This document shows, in pieces, positions 30,101-41,544 of a stretch of 53,747 bases of DNA; position 1 is the first letter of the stretch, and every line of letters starts with the position of its first letter. The position numbers and the translations under genes were made by a program. Location of the stretch: assembly GCA_964658305.1 (NCBI GenBank), contig OZ210885.1:26474001-26527747 (forward strand), given 5' to 3'. The DNA comes from Leptogorgia sarmentosa. Lineage: Eukaryota. The notes beneath the pieces are model-generated. The model did not search any database and was not told the DNA's origin. It saw only the letters and a program-made list of their open reading frames with translations.

Positions 30101-33100
30101 TGAAATTTTAAAACTCTTCAAATGCAAAAAATCACACTCTAGCGATGTTGCAGAGCGTGTTTACATTGATAACAATGATTTTCATTTGTACGTACGAAGT
30201 TGGAAAATGTGTCGAAAATGATCATAATTTTGACTAAAGTTTGAAATTTTAAAACTCTTCAAATGCAAAAAATCACACTCTAGCGATGTTGCAGAGCGTG
30301 TTTACATTGATAACAATGATTTTCATTTGTACGTACGAAGTTGGAAAATGTGTCGAAAATGATCATAATTTTGACTAAAGTTTGAAATTTTAAAACTCTT
30401 CAAATGCAAAAAATCACACTCTAGCGATGTTGCAGAGCGTGTTTACATTGATAACAATGATTTTCATTTGTACGTACGAAGTTGGAAAATGTGTCGAAAA
30501 TGATCATAATTTTGACTAAAGTTTGAAATTTTAAAACTCTTCAAATGCAAAAAATCACACTCTAGCGATGTTGCAGAGCGTGTTTACATTGATAACAATG
30601 ATTTTCATTTGTACGTACGAAGTTGGAAAATGTGTCGAAAATGATCATAATTTTGACTAAAGTTTGAAATTTTAAAACTCTTCAAATGCAAAAAATCACA
30701 CTCTAGCGATGTTGCAGAGCGTGTTTACATTGATAACAATGATTTTCATTTGTACGTACGAAGTTGGAAAATGTGTCGAAAATGATCATAATTTTGACTA
30801 AAGTTTGAAATTTTAAAACTCTTCAAATGCAAAAAATCACACTCTAGCGATGTTGCAGAGCGTGTTTACATTGATAACAATGATTTTCATTTGTACGTAC
30901 GAAGTTGGAAAATGTGTCGAAAATGATCATAATTTTGACTAAAGTTTGAAATTTTAAAACTCTTCAAATGCAAAAAATCACACTCTAGCGATGTTGCAGA
31001 GCGTGTTTACATTGATAACAATGATTTTCATTTGTACGTACGAAGTTGGAAAATGTGTCGAAAATGATCATAATTTTGACTAAAGTTTGAAATTTTAAAA
31101 CTCTTCAAATGCAAAAAATCACACTCTAGCGATGTTGCAGAGCGTGTTTACATTGATAACAATGATTTTCATTTGTACGTACGAAGTTGGAAAATGTGTC
31201 GAAAATGATCATAATTTTGACTAAAGTTTGAAATTTTAAAACTCTTCAAATGCAAAAAATCACACTCTAGCGATGTTGCAGAGCGTGTTTACATTGATAA
31301 CAATGATTTTCATTTGTACGTACGAAGTTGGAAAATGTGTCGAAAATGATCATAATTTTGACTAAAGTTTGAAATTTTAAAACTCTTCAAATGCAAAAAA
31401 TCACACTCTAGCGATGTTGCAGAGCGTGTTTACATTGATAACAATGATTTTCATTTGTACGTACGAAGTTGGAAAATGTGTCGAAAATGATCATAATTTT
31501 GACTAAAGTTTGAAATTTTAAAACTCTTCAAATGCAAAAAATCACACTCTAGCGATGTTGCAGAGCGTGTTTACATTGATAACAATGATTTTCATTTGTA
31601 CGTACGAAGTTGGAAAATGTGTCGAAAATGATCATAATTTTGACTAAAGTTTGAAATTTTAAAACTCTTCAAATGCAAAAAATCACACTCTAGCGATGTT
31701 GCAGAGCGTGTTTACATTGATAACAATGATTTTCATTTGTACGTACGAAGTTGGAAAATGTGTCGAAAATGATCATAATTTTGACTAAAGTTTGAAATTT
31801 TAAAACTCTTCAAATGCAAAAAATCACACTCTAGCGATGTTGCAGAGCGTGTTTACATTGATAACAATGATTTTCATTTGTACGTACGAAGTTGGAAAAT
31901 GTGTCGAAAATGATCATAATTTTGACTAAAGTTTGAAATTTTAAAACTCTTCAAATGCAAAAAATCACACTCTAGCGATGTTGCAGAGCGTGTTTACATT
32001 GATAACAATGATTTTCATTTGTACGTACGAAGTTGGAAAATGTGTCGAAAATGATCATAATTTTGACTAAAGTTTGAAATTTTAAAACTCTTCAAATGCA
32101 AAAAATCACACTCTAGCGATGTTGCAGAGCGTGTTTACATTGATAACAATGATTTTCATTTGTACGTACGAAGTTGGAAAATGTGTCGAAAATGATCATA
32201 ATTTTGACTAAAGTTTGAAATTTTAAAACTCTTCAAATGCAAAAAATCACACTCTAGCGATGTTGCAGAGCGTGTTTACATTGATAACAATGATTTTCAT
32301 TTGTACGTACGAAGTTGGAAAATGTGTCGAAAATGATCATAATTTTGACTAAAGTTTGAAATTTTAAAACTCTTCAAATGCAAAAAATCACACTCTAGCG
32401 ATGTTGCAGAGCGTGTTTACATTGATAACAATGATTTTCATTTGTACGTACGAAGTTGGAAAATGTGTCGAAAATGATCATAATTTTGACTAAAGTTTGA
32501 AATTTTAAAACTCTTCAAATGCAAAAAATCACACTCTAGCGATGTTGCAGAGCGTGTTTACATTGATAACAATGATTTTCATTTGTACGTACGAAGTTGG
32601 AAAATGTGTCGAAAATGATCATAATTTTGACTAAAGTTTGAAATTTTAAAACTCTTCAAATGCAAAAAATCACACTCTAGCGATGTTGCAGAGCGTGTTT
32701 ACATTGATAACAATGATTTTCATTTGTACGTACGAAGTTGGAAAATGTGTCGAAAATGATCATAATTTTGACTAAAGTTTGAAATTTTAAAACTCTTCAA
32801 ATGCAAAAAATCACACTCTAGCGATGTTGCAGAGCGTGTTTACATTGATAACAATGATTTTCATTTGTACGTACGAAGTTGGAAAATGTGTCGAAAATGA
32901 TCATAATTTTGACTAAAGTTTGAAATTTTAAAACTCTTCAAATGCAAAAAATCACACTCTAGCGATGTTGCAGAGCGTGTTTACATTGATAACAATGATT
33001 TTCATTTGTACGTACGAAGTTGGAAAATGTGTCGAAAATGATCATAATTTTGACTAAAGTTTGAAATTTTAAAACTCTTCAAATGCAAAAAATCACACTC

Positions 33101-36100
33101 TAGCGATGTTGCAGAGCGTGTTTACATTGATAACAATGATTTTCATTTGTACGTACGAAGTTGGAAAATGTGTCGAAAATGATCATAATTTTGACTAAAG
33201 TTTGAAATTTTAAAACTCTTCAAATGCAAAAAATCACACTCTAGCGATGTTGCAGAGCGTGTTTACATTGATAACAATGATTTTCATTTGTACGTACGAA
33301 GTTGGAAAATGTGTCGAAAATGATCATAATTTTGACTAAAGTTTGAAATTTTAAAACTCTTCAAATGCAAAAAATCACACTCTAGCGATGTTGCAGAGCG
33401 TGTTTACATTGATAACAATGATTTTCATTTGTACGTACGAAGTTGGAAAATGTGTCGAAAATGATCATAATTTTGACTAAAGTTTGAAATTTTAAAACTC
33501 TTCAAATGCAAAAAATCACACTCTAGCGATGTTGCAGAGCGTGTTTACATTGATAACAATGATTTTCATTTGTACGTACGAAGTTGGAAAATGTGTCGAA
33601 AATGATCATAATTTTGACTAAAGTTTGAAATTTTAAAACTCTTCAAATGCAAAAAATCACACTCTAGCGATGTTGCAGAGCGTGTTTACATTGATAACAA
33701 TGATTTTCATTTGTACGTACGAAGTTGGAAAATGTGTCGAAAATGATCATAATTTTGACTAAAGTTTGAAATTTTAAAACTCTTCAAATGCAAAAAATCA
33801 CACTCTAGCGATGTTGCAGAGCGTGTTTACATTGATAACAATGATTTTCATTTGTACGTACGAAGTTGGAAAATGTGTCGAAAATGATCATAATTTTGAC
33901 TAAAGTTTGAAATTTTAAAACTCTTCAAATGCAAAAAATCACACTCTAGCGATGTTGCAGAGCGTGTTTACATTGATAACAATGATTTTCATTTGTACGT
34001 ACGAAGTTGGAAAATGTGTCGAAAATGATCATAATTTTGACTAAAGTTTGAAATTTTAAAACTCTTCAAATGCAAAAAATCACACTCTAGCGATGTTGCA
34101 GAGCGTGTTTACATTGATAACAATGATTTTCATTTGTACGTACGAAGTTGGAAAATGTGTCGAAAATGATCATAATTTTGACTAAAGTTTGAAATTTTAA
34201 AACTCTTCAAATGCAAAAAATCACACTCTAGCGATGTTGCAGAGCGTGTTTACATTGATAACAATGATTTTCATTTGTACGTACGAAGTTGGAAAATGTG
34301 TCGAAAATGATCATAATTTTGACTAAAGTTTGAAATTTTAAAACTCTTCAAATGCAAAAAATCACACTCTAGCGATGTTGCAGAGCGTGTTTACATTGAT
34401 AACAATGATTTTCATTTGTACGTACGAAGTTGGAAAATGTGTCGAAAATGATCATAATTTTGACTAAAGTTTGAAATTTTAAAACTCTTCAAATGCAAAA
34501 AATCACACTCTAGCGATGTTGCAGAGCGTGTTTACATTGATAACAATGATTTTCATTTGTACGTACGAAGTTGGAAAATGTGTCGAAAATGATCATAATT
34601 TTGACTAAAGTTTGAAATTTTAAAACTCTTCAAATGCAAAAAATCACACTCTAGCGATGTTGCAGAGCGTGTTTACATTGATAACAATGATTTTCATTTG
34701 TACGTACGAAGTTGGAAAATGTGTCGAAAATGATCATAATTTTGACTAAAGTTTGAAATTTTAAAACTCTTCAAATGCAAAAAATCACACTCTAGCGATG
34801 TTGCAGAGCGTGTTTACATTGATAACAATGATTTTCATTTGTACGTACGAAGTTGGAAAATGTGTCGAAAATGATCATAATTTTGACTAAAGTTTGAAAT
34901 TTTAAAACTCTTCAAATGCAAAAAATCACACTCTAGCGATGTTGCAGAGCGTGTTTACATTGATAACAATGATTTTCATTTGTACGTACGAAGTTGGAAA
35001 ATGTGTCGAAAATGATCATAATTTTGACTAAAGTTTGAAATTTTAAAACTCTTCAAATGCAAAAAATCACACTCTAGCGATGTTGCAGAGCGTGTTTACA
35101 TTGATAACAATGATTTTCATTTGTACGTACGAAGTTGGAAAATGTGTCGAAAATGATCATAATTTTGACTAAAGTTTGAAATTTTAAAACTCTTCAAATG
35201 CAAAAAATCACACTCTAGCGATGTTGCAGAGCGTGTTTACATTGATAACAATGATTTTCATTTGTACGTACGAAGTTGGAAAATGTGTCGAAAATGATCA
35301 TAATTTTGACTAAAGTTTGAAATTTTAAAACTCTTCAAATGCAAAAAATCACACTCTAGCGATGTTGCAGAGCGTGTTTACATTGATAACAATGATTTTC
35401 ATTTGTACGTACGAAGTTGGAAAATGTGTCGAAAATGATCATAATTTTGACTAAAGTTTGAAATTTTAAAACTCTTCAAATGCAAAAAATCACACTCTAG
35501 CGATGTTGCAGAGCGTGTTTACATTGATAACAATGATTTTCATTTGTACGTACGAAGTTGGAAAATGTGTCGAAAATGATCATAATTTTGACTAAAGTTT
35601 GAAATTTTAAAACTCTTCAAATGCAAAAAATCACACTCTAGCGATGTTGCAGAGCGTGTTTACATTGATAACAATGATTTTCATTTGTACGTACGAAGTT
35701 GGAAAATGTGTCGAAAATGATCATAATTTTGACTAAAGTTTGAAATTTTAAAACTCTTCAAATGCAAAAAATCACACTCTAGCGATGTTGCAGAGCGTGT
35801 TTACATTGATAACAATGATTTTCATTTGTACGTACGAAGTTGGAAAATGTGTCGAAAATGATCATAATTTTGACTAAAGTTTGAAATTTTAAAACTCTTC
35901 AAATGCAAAAAATCACACTCTAGCGATGTTGCAGAGCGTGTTTACATTGATAACAATGATTTTCATTTGTACGTACGAAGTTGGAAAATGTGTCGAAAAT
36001 GATCATAATTTTGACTAAAGTTTGAAATTTTAAAACTCTTCAAATGCAAAAAATCACACTCTAGCGATGTTGCAGAGCGTGTTTACATTGATAACAATGA

Positions 36101-37176
36101 TTTTCATTTGTACGTACGAAGTTGGAAAATGTGTCGAAAATGATCATAATTTTGACTAAAGTTTGAAATTTTAAAACTCTTCAAATGCAAAAAATCACAC
36201 TCTAGCGATGTTGCAGAGCGTGTTTACATTGATAACAATGATTTTCATTTGTACGTACGAAGTTGGAAAATGTGTCGAAAATGATCATAATTTTGACTAA
36301 AGTTTGAAATTTTAAAACTCTTCAAATGCAAAAAATCACACTCTAGCGATGTTGCAGAGCGTGTTTACATTGATAACAATGATTTTCATTTGTACGTACG
36401 AAGTTGGAAAATGTGTCGAAAATGATCATAATTTTGACTAAAGTTTGAAATTTTAAAACTCTTCAAATGCAAAAAATCACACTCTAGCGATGTTGCAGAG
36501 CGTGTTTACATTGATAACAATGATTTTCATTTGTACGTACGAAGTTGGAAAATGTGTCGAAAATGATCATAATTTTGACTAAAGTTTGAAATTTTAAAAC
36601 TCTTCAAATGCAAAAAATCACACTCTAGCGATGTTGCAGAGCGTGTTTACATTGATAACAATGATTTTCATTTGTACGTACGAAGTTGGAAAATGTGTCG
36701 AAAATGATCATAATTTTGACTAAAGTTTGAAATTTTAAAACTCTTCAAATGCAAAAAATCACACTCTAGCGATGTTGCAGAGCGTGTTTACATTGATAAC
36801 AATGATTTTCATTTGTACGTACGAAGTTGGAAAATGTGTCGAAAATGATCATAATTTTGACTAAAGTTTGAAATTAAAACTCTTCAAATGTAATTGATAA
36901 CAATGATTTTCATTTGTACGTACGAGTTAAAGTTTGAAATTTTAAAACTCTTCAAATGCAAAAAATCACACTCTAGCGATGTTGCAGAGCGTGTTTACAT
37001 TGATAACAATGATTTTCATTTGTACGTACGAAGTTGGAAAATGTGTCGAAAATGATCATAATTTTGACTAAAGTTTGAAATTTTAAAACTCTTCAAATGC
37101 AAAAAATCACACTCTAGCGATGTTGCAGAGCGTGTTTACATTGATAACAATGATTTTCATTTGTACGTACGAAGTT
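24101..37176. repeat. Homogeneous satellite domain, ~92 essentially identical type-A monomers
   Basis: Copies carry three linked diagnostic variants: TTTTCATTT, TGTACGTACG and CATAATTTT. The only deviations I saw are at ~24188 and ~36870-36930. Confidence 0.93.
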
Positions 37177-37376
37177 NNNNNNNNNNNNNNNNNNNNNNNN
37201 NNNNNNNNNNNNNNNNNNNNNNNNNNNNNNNNNNNNNNNNNNNNNNNNNNNNNNNNNNNNNNNNNNNNNNNNNNNNNNNNNNNNNNNNNNNNNNNNNNNN
37301 NNNNNNNNNNNNNNNNNNNNNNNNNNNNNNNNNNNNNNNNNNNNNNNNNNNNNNNNNNNNNNNNNNNNNNNNNNNN
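37177..37376. other. Assembly gap of exactly 200 N (scaffolding join of unknown true size)
   Basis: 200 consecutive N. A round fixed length is typical of scaffolder or curation placeholder gaps. Confidence 0.98.
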
Positions 37377-38810
37377 TAACCCTAACCCTAACCCTAACCC
37401 TAACCCTAACCCTAACCCTAACCCTAACCCTAACCCTAACCCTAACCCTAACCCTAACCCTAACCCTAACCCTAACCCTAACCCTAACCCTAACCCTAAC
37501 CCTAACCCTAACCCTAACCCTAACCCTAACCCTAACCCTAACCCTAACCCTAACCCTAACCCTAACCCTAACCCTAACCCTAACCCTAACCCTAACCCTA
37601 ACCCTAACCCTAACCCTAACCCTAACCCTAACCCTAACCCTAACCCTAACCCTAACCCTAACCCTAACCCTAACCCTAACCCTAACCCTAACCCTAACCC
37701 TAACCCTAACCCTAACCCTAACCCTAACCCTAACCCTAACCCTAACCCTAACCCTAACCCTAACCCTAACCCTAACCCTAACCCTAACCCTAACCCTAAC
37801 CCTAACCCTAACCCTAACCCTAACCCTAACCCTAACCCTAACCCTAACCCTAACCCTAACCCTAACCCTAACCCTAACCCTAACCCTAACCCTAACCCTA
37901 ACCCTAACCCTAACCCTAACCCTAACCCTAACCCTAACCCTAACCCTAACCCTAACCCTAACCCTAACCCTAACCCTAACCCTAACCCTAACCCTAACCC
38001 TAACCCTAACCCTAACCCTAACCCTAACCCTAACCCTAACCCTAACCCTAACCCTAACCCTAACCCTAACCCTAACCCTAACCCTAACCCTAACCCTAAC
38101 CCTAACCCTAACCCTAACCCTAACCCTAACCCTAACCCTAACCCTAACCCTAACCCTAACCCTAACCCTAACCCTAACCCTAACCCTAACCCTAACCCTA
38201 ACCCTAACCCTAACCCTAACCCTAACCCTAACCCTAACCCTAACCCTAACCCTAACCCTAACCCTAACCCTAACCCTAACCCTAACCCTAACCCTAACCC
38301 TAACCCTAACCCTAACCCTAACCCTAACCCTAACCCTAACCCTAACCCTAACCCTAACCCTAACCCTAACCCTAACCCTAACCCTAACCCTAACCCTAAC
38401 CCTAACCCTAACCCTAACCCTAACCCTAACCCTAACCCTAACCCTAACCCTAACCCTAACCCTAACCCTAACCCTAACCCTAACCCTAACCCTAACCCTA
38501 ACCCTAACCCTAACCCTAACCCTAACCCTAACCCTAACCCTAACCCTAACCCTAACCCTAACCCTAACCCTAACCCTAACCCTAACCCTAACCCTCTAAC
38601 CCTCTAACCCTAACCCTAACCCTAACCCTAACCCTAACCCTAACCCTAACCCTAACCCTAACCCTAACCCTAACCCTAACCCTAACCCTAACCCTAACCC
38701 TAACCCTAACCCTAACCCTAACCCTAACCCTAACCCTAACCCTAACCCTAACCCTAACCCTAACCCTAACCCTAACCCTAACCCTCTAACCCTCTAACCC
38801 TAACCCTAAA
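37377..38810 (-). repeat. Telomeric repeat array (CCCTAA)n / (TTAGGG)n, ~1.43 kb, oriented as a left chromosome end
   Basis: Perfect CCCTAA repeats from 37377. Variant CCCTCTAA pairs occur only in the proximal part (~38592 and ~38782), followed by subtelomere-type repeats. Confidence 0.98.
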
Positions 38811-40491
38811 CCTAACGCAAGCCGAAAGACCGCTTCTTGGTTCTATACCTTACAAAAACTGAAACCCTAAACCTTATTCAAGCCAAAAGACTTTAACACG
38901 CGGCGCGGTTTCTGTCCCTATAACCCTTACGATAACTAGAAACCAAAACTTGACCATAATCAATCCTGGTCTACAAGACCAATTTCTTGCTCGAATTCGA
39001 CCAGTCGACGGCTCAGATAAAAACGAGTGATGTTGTTTGATAAAGCAAAATTTAACTGCAAGCAGGCAATTACGTTTGCCAGTGATATCGCGCCTCGCGA
39101 AGACGTTAAAGAATTCAATGAACTTACCATGAGTTCACCTTTCAGTGTACGTAGTAGGTTAAAGTAATATTAACTCATCGTCAACCTGGAAATAAAGAAA
39201 GAAAGAAATAAATAAAGAGCTTTTAGAAAACACATGCATAAGCAAACGCAACGCCAAGAGACAAACGGATCAACTCGGAGGCGTGCAATTTTCCTGGCGT
39301 TGACGCAAGGCAAAAGCCTACCTTTCGCGCATAACTATTTATTTATTTCACAGCTAGCGCGCTCCTTGACTAAGAATTCATAACAGCGCGCCATTCACCT
39401 GCCTTGACGCATGCCAGGTTCGTTATTTTTGACCCTGCCACGCGCTAAACCTAACGCAAGCCGAAAGACCGCTTCTTGGTTCTATACCTTACAAAAACTG
39501 AAACCCTAAACCTTATTCAAGCCAAAAGACTTTAACACGCGGCGCGGTTTCTGTCCCTATAACCCTTACGATAACTAGAAACCAAAACTTGACCATAATC
39601 AATCCTGGTCTACAAGACCAATTTCTTGCTCGAATTCGACCAGTCGACGGCTCAGATAAAAACGAGTGATGTTGTTTGATAAAGCAAAATTTAACTGCAA
39701 GCAGGCAATTACGTTTGCCAGTGATATCGCGCCTCGCGAAGACGTTAAAGAATTCAATGAACTTACCATGAGTTCACCTTTCAGTGTACGTAGTAGGTTA
39801 AAGTAATATTAACTCATCGTCAACCTGGAAATAAAGAAAGAAAGAAATAAATAAAGAGCTTTTAGAAAACACATGCATAAGCAAACGCAACGCCAAGAGA
39901 CAAACGGATCAACTCGGAGGCGTGCAATTTTCCTGGCGTTGACGCAAGGCAAAAGCCTACCTTTCGCGCATAACTATTTATTTATTTCACAGCTAGCGCG
40001 CTCCTTGACTAAGAATTCATAACAGCGCGCCATTCACCTGCCTTGACGCATGCCAGGTTCGTTATTTTTGACCCTGCCACGCGCTAAACCTAACGCAAGC
40101 CGAAAGACCGCTTCTTGGTTCTATACCTTACAAAAACTGAAACCCTAAACCTTATTCAAGCCAAAAGACTTTAACACGCGGCGCGGTTTCTGTCCCTATA
40201 ACCCTTACGATAACTAGAAACCAAAACTTGACCATAATCAATCCTGGTCTACAAGACCAATTTCTTGCTCGAATTCGACCAGTCGACGGCTCAGATAAAA
40301 ACGAGTGATGTTGTTTGATAAAGCAAAATTTAACTGCAAGCAGGCAATTACGTTTGCCAGTGATATCGCGCCTCGCGAAGACGTTAAAGAATTCAATGAA
40401 CTTACCATGAGTTCACCTTTCAGTGTACGTAGTAGGTTAAAGTAATATTAACTCATCGTCAACCTGGAAATAAAGAAAGAAATAAATAAAG
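38806..40491. repeat. Subtelomeric 639-bp tandem repeat, ~2.6 near-identical copies, abutting the telomere
   Basis: CTAAACCTAACGCAAGCCGAAAGACC begins at 38806, 39445 and 40084. The third copy diverges after ~40491. Confidence 0.95.
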
Positions 40492-41544
40492 ACACTAGCG
40501 CGTTGCTCGACTAAGAATTTATAACGCGTTGAAATAGAACAGCGCGCCATTTCACTAACCCCAAATAATTTGCAATAGTTCAAATTAGACTTACCAAGAC
40601 TAGCGATGTTCTCGTTGGTTGAAGTTTGTAGAAAAAATCAAAACAATAAAACGTTATATATGATATATCTATATATTATATTGTCACCAATTCACTTCAT
40701 CGACGTCGATCTGCATACGAAATGCATTATGAATGAATCACCTGGCGGTGTTGCATGGGCTTTAGATTACAAAGGTTTTTCTAACCATCCGATTGGTTGT
40801 TAAATACCAATACTTCCGATATGACATCATACCGGAGATATTAATACCAGACAAAGAAATTCGACTTCGCTCTAGCTATGACAGAAATCAACCATTTCAA
40901 ATAACTTCATCATGCTAAGATATAGTGAAAACACGATCACTGATTTTCATGATACAGTTTTCACAAAACCACTTCTCAAATTAAAAAACTCTCTACCGAT
41001 ACCGGAAAGAGGGCATTACTTCAAGATTTTGAACTTTACATTGGGCATGCAATAGACAAATAAACACATAATAGAACAAGAATTTTATATTAGAATTAGA
41101 GAGAGCATTCATTTATTGCATAAAATAGTTAGTTACATGGAAAAAATTGTCAAGTCCATGTCCGTCATGAATGTCTTAGTAACTTCCGTTTTCCAAGCTT
41201 TCCACACTTTCGTACAAACAGGAAGGTTACCACTACGTATCTCGAGGTTCTAGAGGTGTCCATGGTGTACACTGCAAGCAGCCAACGCTATGCAAGGTGC
41301 AAATGTTTGGAGAATTGACGCATGCTGGAACAGAAAAATAAAACAAGGTGAATATCGTGAAAACACGCCTGTCGGGGCCTGTTTTTAACCATGTTTTGAA
41401 ATTTAAACCGCAACAAATTATACTTCTGCATGAATAGGAATAGTCGCTGCGTGCATACAATTTCTGATTGTAATATCTAAATATATGCGCTCACAATCTA
41501 GTAAATCTCGTATACAAAAGATTTTTTACAACAGACACTTTAAT

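Larger units (their letters stand above)
1..37176. repeat. 141-bp AT-rich tandem satellite array (~263 monomers), centromere-like; continues beyond the left edge of the window
   Basis: The monomer AATAATGATTTTGATTTGTTCATACCAAGTTGGAAAATG...GTGTTTACATTGAT restarts at 142. In the homogeneous part the 60-nt lines recur every 2820 bp (= 20 x 141). A centromeric role is inferred only. Confidence 0.97.

Noticed and set aside
36870..36930. Deleted or scrambled satellite monomers
   Set aside because: They lie within ~300 bp of the contig end and are most likely low-coverage consensus error.
37120..38607. 495-aa poly-NP ORF and the overlapping X-rich ORF
   Set aside because: These are translations of the N gap and telomere repeat.
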